A DNA stretch of 57,295 nt, counting the filler, from Platydemus manokwari (taxonomy: Eukaryota), in assembly GCA_037951405.1 (NCBI GenBank). It is 5 parts of 5 records of this genome, joined end to end, with 100 filler letters (N's around TTAATTAATTAA, not from the genome) between each part and the next. Parts side by side here need not be neighbours in the genome. Positions count along the whole stretch, not along the records: positions 44,526 to 57,295 come from JBBMOY011890276.1; 4 more parts are not named here. The stretch is one strand, 5' to 3'. The notes under the pieces are model-generated. The model had not been told where the DNA came from. It ran no database searches and was given only the letters and a program-made list of their open reading frames with translations. Positions 51,576 through 57,295 of the stretch are shown in pieces. A program made the translations under genes and the position numbers. Position 1 is the stretch's first letter, and each line of letters begins with the position of its first letter.

Positions 51576-54500
51576 TTTGACATATATGAAGAAAACTAAC
51601 AAGGCTGTTATTTAATAACTTTGTGTAGTTCCAGTGGTAACTTTTTGATTTATTGTCAATGATTTCACTTTCAAAATAACCATACTATGTAGTCTAGTAG
51701 TCATAAATTTCATCAGAATCTCCTACGGTGGGATACTTCATCTGGTATTAAGCTGTCTACCAGACTACTAATTCCGAGAATTGAAATTTTGGACAAACGC
51801 AATATAAAAGAACAATCAAAACATTGTTTTTGTAACTATTTTGATGATACTATAATTTTTCGAAAAAAAGATTCAGAAAGAATAATTTAGTCTCACAATT
51901 GTAATATAAATAAAATACTCTGTGTAAGAATATCAAATTGAATTTGAATTTATATTAAATTTAGTTTGATATTAAATTTTATTTGATATTAAATTTTATT
52001 TATTTTGTTTAAATAATTGTCTTTGAATAGAATTAAATGTCGAGTCTTTTACAGTTCGTTTTTTTCGTTCTTTTACATAGTAGCGGCTTACAAAAATAAT
52101 TATTTATTCATGTTCGTTTAAAAATTATATGCATTCTTGCACAAAGTATTATCATCTTTATTAAATTGCACTGATGGAAAAATCTCATTTGGAAACATAA
52201 GAATGTCTTTAAAAAGATTTTCATAAACTTTATGTTATTTAGAGGTTTATGATTCTATTTCGTTCGCAGGAATTCACAAGAAACTAATTATATGTATGTG
52301 GTACATCTGAATTGACGACAGAAGTGTTAAATTTCCGGTGAAAGCATTTAAAATATGTTCTTAACGATTTATATTTTTATGTTTTGTATCAAAAGAGTAA
52401 CTAAATCATTGATATTAATTTTTCCAGTTTGATGAATTTCGACATTGATTTTACATGGGGTTGTTAGAAAGTTTAGTGAAAATTATTGTGAAAATTCTAC
52501 CTGACAAAAAATCTTGAAACAATGAACTATTGGCATGGTATTTAACAGTAGTATTTAATAAAAAAGCATTGAAAATTCTCTTCAAAGTCATGAAATCAAA
52601 TTATATTTAATCACAATAATTTAAACAAATTAACATTTTGTGATATTAATATCTATAGACTTTTTAAATTAAATTTTAAAATACTCACAAAAATATTTCT
52701 GTAAAATTTTAAAAAACCCTTGCAAATTGAAATAATTCTACCTCTGATTATTTTGTGCTATGTTTTCTGGTGTCTCTCAACACTTTTATAGATTCATTTC
52801 ATTCGTTAACAACTTCGCTATATGAAATAAATCAGATGGAAAAATTTGTTTTTCCTTTTTCGTATGCTTAATAAAAATCGCGAAATTATTGTTTCGCAGG
52901 AAATCGATATTTATTTATTCTAAAAATAAATATTTATCGGCATATAAAGAATATGTGAATAGCTTTTTCCAATTTTTGTTTAAATAGATAAGTTTACAAA
53001 TAGAAACCCGTTAAATGAAGTAGTCCAATTTCTGAAATATTTTTCGTTGAATATTTGGAATTATATTAAAACAGAATTTAGCGGACTATTCGCAACTGTA
53101 GAGAAGTCATAAAAAATGAATGACAATGGAGATTGTCAGAAGATTGCATCCATTTGTGACGATCATGTAAGCCGCTATTATTTTATAAAGCACTCATTGG
53201 AAACGAAGGGAAAAGTCATGTCACCAAGTTGTGTTATAATCACAATTTTTGGCTAAAGTTATAAAAGGGTCCTAAAATGAAATTTTAAATTTGTTGAGTG
53301 TATTGCAAAAAATCTATATAGTTTATTTAATTATATTTTTTAAAAATATTTTGAATTTTAGAATTAAGTTCTTAGAAGAAGAATTTTAATTGTTTAAAAT
53401 CAAATATTAAATAGATTAGAGCTTCAAAATATCTTAAAATTTGATTATTTGAAAAAATGAAAAAAGTAGGTCGAATTGCAATTTATTGAAAATTAGCTAG
53501 GGCCTCTTTTTTCTTAACATTAAAAGCAAATTGAGAGATATTCTCAATGTTTACAATTATTTTATAAAAATAACCAATGATATTATTAAATATATCTGTA
53601 ATTAACTAACTCGATTTAGAATTATAAAAATTTAAATTAAAAAACCCAAATAATCATATATCAGTGTTGTGATTAGAATGGGAGCTTGGTTTGAAAACTA
53701 TATTTTGTCGCTATTAGACACCTTAAAATATGAGGTTTTAACTGAATTATACGAATAAATCGAACAGCAGTTATAAGTAAAATTATGTTATAAAATTATC
53801 TCATGCACGAAAATTCATTATAACAAAAGTAAGTCAAAGAACCCTTTTTCTTAACTTAAGCCCAATTTTTTAAACAAATTAATCTTTTATCTAAATAGGA
53901 TAATTTTTAAATTTCGAAATTATTATAAATCCTCACAGATGTAATTAGTAATTTAGATACCGACGAATAGAAAAAGAGCACAAGTATAAAATTTGAAAAA
54001 TTTGGAAGTAGATCTTTAAATTCAGTGAAAACAGTAAAGTATTTATATATTGCTGAAGCTTTAAGATGAAATAATTCACTGAAACTCACAAGAAAAACCC
54101 GCACAAGAAAAACACATTTCCCTACTAACATCGATTTCCTCGAAACCAATCATTTTTCATAATTTCATTATTTTATCTAGATTAATTTGTTACATCATCA
54201 TTTCTTAAATCGATTGATTCCGCTAGATTGAATTGGATTATCGAAAAATATTAACGTACAAATATTTCTTTTATATTCACAATATGGAATGTTTTATGGT
54301 TTTGTTTTTGGTTGTGATATAAATGACAAAATATAATGATTATCGTTATTTGAAAATTGACGTTTTTTAAAAAATATATTTTTCACAGCGCAGTCGTTAA
54401 AAATTGATATCACGTTATTTTGATCACAAAAGAATATACAAAAATTATAATCAAAAACGATCACCAGTTTAAGCTTTGATACAAAACATTCTCTATCGTG

Positions 54501-54816
54501 TTTTTCTTTTCCCTTTAATTGAATTTTATTAAATTTTCGAATCAGAAAATCATGGTATTAAAATATTGACACTCATTCAATGCTTGATAGGAAGTAGTTT
54601 CTTTTATCAGACGATCAAAGGAAACCATTTCTCAATGGGAAAATCAGCGAACCGATTAGGGGAATAATTGTCCACTAATATTTAATTCGTTAAATAATTA
54701 TTGCTTTGAGTGAATAAAGCTAATAAATTGTAGCCAGAAGAATACAAACATGCTCATCGAAGCAGCTAATAATTTGAGAGACGTAGTTAGATAGATATAA
54801 TTGTGTTTTATTTCAG

Positions 54817-55148
54817 CACCATCTTCCAGCGTGGAGATAAAGTGACATTATGCAATGGGGAATATTTGTGCTGTAATTGTATTTACTTGCAAAATATTGA
54901 TCTCAACGGCAAGAAGGACATTTATCACAGCAAACCAGATGAAACTATGACAATCAAGAAAGAAACCAACACAGACGAACTTGATACTATGACAACGTCT
55001 ATGATATCAACCAATATTAGCGATTCCAGTGAGGCTGAATCTATTACTCCAGAAAAGAAATACTATTTCAATCGGTCTGTCAGTAATGTTCCCAAAGAGC
55101 CAGATTTCGAAAGTGCTCAAACCAAGCAAATGAGAGATGATAATCAGA
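54817..55148 (+). CDS. Internal exon of an actin-binding LIM (abLIM/UNC-115-like) protein
   Basis: TTTCAG acceptor at 54816 and GTAAGC donor at 55149. It begins TIFQRGDKVTLCNGEYLCCNC, similar to the second half of abLIM LIM2 (PFPPGDRVTFNGRDCLCQLC), followed by a Ser/Thr-rich linker. Confidence 0.55.
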
Positions 55149-56478
55149 GTAAGCTAAATGGATGAGTGATTGATTTGGATGGGAATGGATATTTTAATAT
55201 TGTTTGATAATATATATTGTCATTCTATATATGCATAATATATAAAAATTGATATAAAATTCACAACCAAACTCACAATGAGTTTATTTTCATAAATCAG
55301 TAGAAGCAAATGATAAGCACATAAAAAGTTCAAATTTAAATCGCAAAACACGATATTATCATTTTCAGCCAAAAATAACATATCTTCATAATGAGAATAA
55401 AAACAAGTTAGGCAATTATATAAAGAACATCAATTATCAAGTCCAAAATTTAAAACCCAACTGATAGTTGAGTAAGCCATAATCCTCTTAAAAGAATAAT
55501 CAACAGATTTCCTAAACAGAGAATATTGTTAGAGATGATTGATGTCCATAATTGAATGTCATGAATTAATTTAAACAACTAGAAAAATAATAATAATTAT
55601 TATTAACAACGTAAAGAAATAATAATAAGGCAAAAATAAATCGAATCGTAACAAGAGTGCACGGATTCCAAAAGTAACAAGCAATCAATTATTCTAAGGA
55701 AAATAAGCTCGCACAGTGAGAGCAATCGATATAAAACATAATATACTCAAATAAGGGAGATAGAAGAAGATAACCGTAACGACCTTGTATAAATAAAACA
55801 ATAAACACCATCTTTTAGGTAATTAGTTAAAGGTGTCTTTACTTTAATGATTCTTGAAGCTCTCTACCTACTGTTTCTTCTTGAACATTAGTAAAAACAT
55901 TGATAATAATCGATATTCAATAAAAATTTGGATAAGAATATGAAAATTCACAAATCCTTAGAAATGAGTCCTAGATATTAATGATAAGAATTTATTTCAC
56001 AAACAGAAAATATCAACATTGTGAGACCAAACAATGTTTCACGGTAGCAATCGAATCTTTTGTTACAGATTTATTCAGTATCAAAGAATTTTCACGAAAG
56101 TCTTTCTAAAACAATATTTCTTAATTTACAAATGGTTGCTGGAGTCATTCACAAATGACAGAGCTCACTATATGGCCTTAGCATGCATTGGCGAATTTTA
56201 CGTTTCACCTTGGGCCGATTTTAAAGATTCGCATTCATGTTTTGAATGTTTATTAGTCTCGTCATTACCAAAACTTGTACCAAGATTAAAATTAGTTTTC
56301 CATTTATTGTTAAGGATTTTTCTCTTTTCTGTTCCTTCCATATGAAAAATTAACTATTTTAGAGCTCCTTATAGATTTATTTGCATGTCATTTGCTCTTT
56401 TTAACAATTTGAATGCAATATCTTTGATGGAATCATGTTGCATTGAGAACATAATCCGTCCAATGTACTATCCTTCAA

Positions 56479-56901
56479 ATGAACAAGTAATTGTTCGAAA
56501 GAAATTGTGGTATTCATAATATTTGGTTTAAATTAATATTTAAATCTAAGAAACGAGCTAAAGTACTGCTTAATTATTTCCAGTATTTATGTTATTGTGA
56601 GGTCTTCCAGTAAAATACTGGACATATAGGGAATCCTAATCTTTGAAAACTGGATGGTCTTTTATAGTGTGGCTCTTGAATTTAGAATAATGTGACTTAT
56701 CCCCAATGATAACAATTAATGTAACGTGTAACTGCATCTTTAGTAATGTGTTATTGTAGAAGTGTTAATTGTGACTGCTGCCTTTGATATGAACAAGTAA
56801 TTGTTTGAACAAAGTTGTGGTATTCATAATATTTTGTTTAAATTAATCTTTTAATCTAAGAAACTAGCTTAAGATATTGCTTAATTATTCTCAGTATTTA
56901 T
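56479..56901. repeat. Imperfect ~112-bp direct repeat, period ~310 bp (56479-56590 and 56789-56901)
   Basis: ATGAACAAGTAATTGTT...GTGGTATTCATAATATTT...AATCTAAGAAAC...CAGTATTTAT occurs twice. Confidence 0.85.
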
Positions 56902-57267
56902 CTAAATAATATTGTTTTTAATGACAGAATTGTGATACTTATAGAATCAGTTACAAACAAATATATTTTGTTTCAATACATTAACAAAAAAACTAAAAGT
57001 AAAATACAATATCTAACATCGCTATTTTATTAAAATTTTTAAAATATAAATTTATCTTGAAATCATTTCAGTGATACTTTAAGCTCCTCTCTTAGTAAGT
57101 TTTCCTTAACCAGTAACATGGACTTCTTCACATGTATTCAATAGTTCGAAACAATTGAAAGAATTTAAATCTGCAATCGAGTGGTTAAATTTAGTGTTCT
57201 TGTATTGGATTAATTGATTACAAAACAGTCTTGTGTGTTGATTTTTCTTTATCTTGTACTTTAATCA

Positions 57268-57295
57268 ATAATAATAATAATAACAATAATAATAA
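57268..57295. repeat. (AAT)n microsatellite at window end
   Basis: Visible run. Confidence 0.85.

Noticed and set aside
53080-53302. Possible Tc1/mariner 3' remnant ending GAGTG-TA
   Set aside because: No matching left TIR or DDE motif found; too decayed to call.
1-57295. CRISPR arrays, rRNA or prokaryotic operons
   Set aside because: None seen; spliceosomal introns and eukaryotic genes occur throughout, and the repeats are microsatellites or TE-derived.

Overview
AT-rich eukaryotic genomic DNA with short GT-AG introns (about 45-75 nt), (AAT/TAT)n microsatellites and many decayed transposons. The combination is most consistent with a planarian/triclad flatworm (inference, not verified). Four artificial 100-nt spacers (N44-TTAATTAATTAA-N44) split the window into five contigs: 1-9020, 9121-18206, 18307-32978, 33079-44425 and 44526-57295. 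Adjacency across spacers is therefore not proven. Host genes reconstructed by hand: the first three exons of a divergent kinesin-1 heavy chain (missed by the ORF track); a ~1410-aa secreted K/E/N/D-rich protein whose signal peptide depends on an 11-nt micro-exon; a small intronless 8-Cys protein; NAF1; Ariadne-1 (ARIH1); an abLIM-like exon; and two unknown multi-exon genes. Mobile DNA: two NeSL/R5-like RLE-type non-LTR retrotransposon relics, several Ty3/Gypsy relics, an LTR element with a PBS and two envelope-like membrane-protein ORFs, solo-LTR-like repeats, and a Polinton/Maverick fragment (major capsid C-terminus, intergenic hairpin, acidic membrane ORF, adenain-like protease). Best leads: the Maverick capsid-hairpin-membrane ORF module, the NeSL-like element bracketed by a ~69-bp duplicated Gypsy RNase H segment, the RT-less RLE element with a Cys-rich cargo ORF, and the giant secreted polyampholyte.
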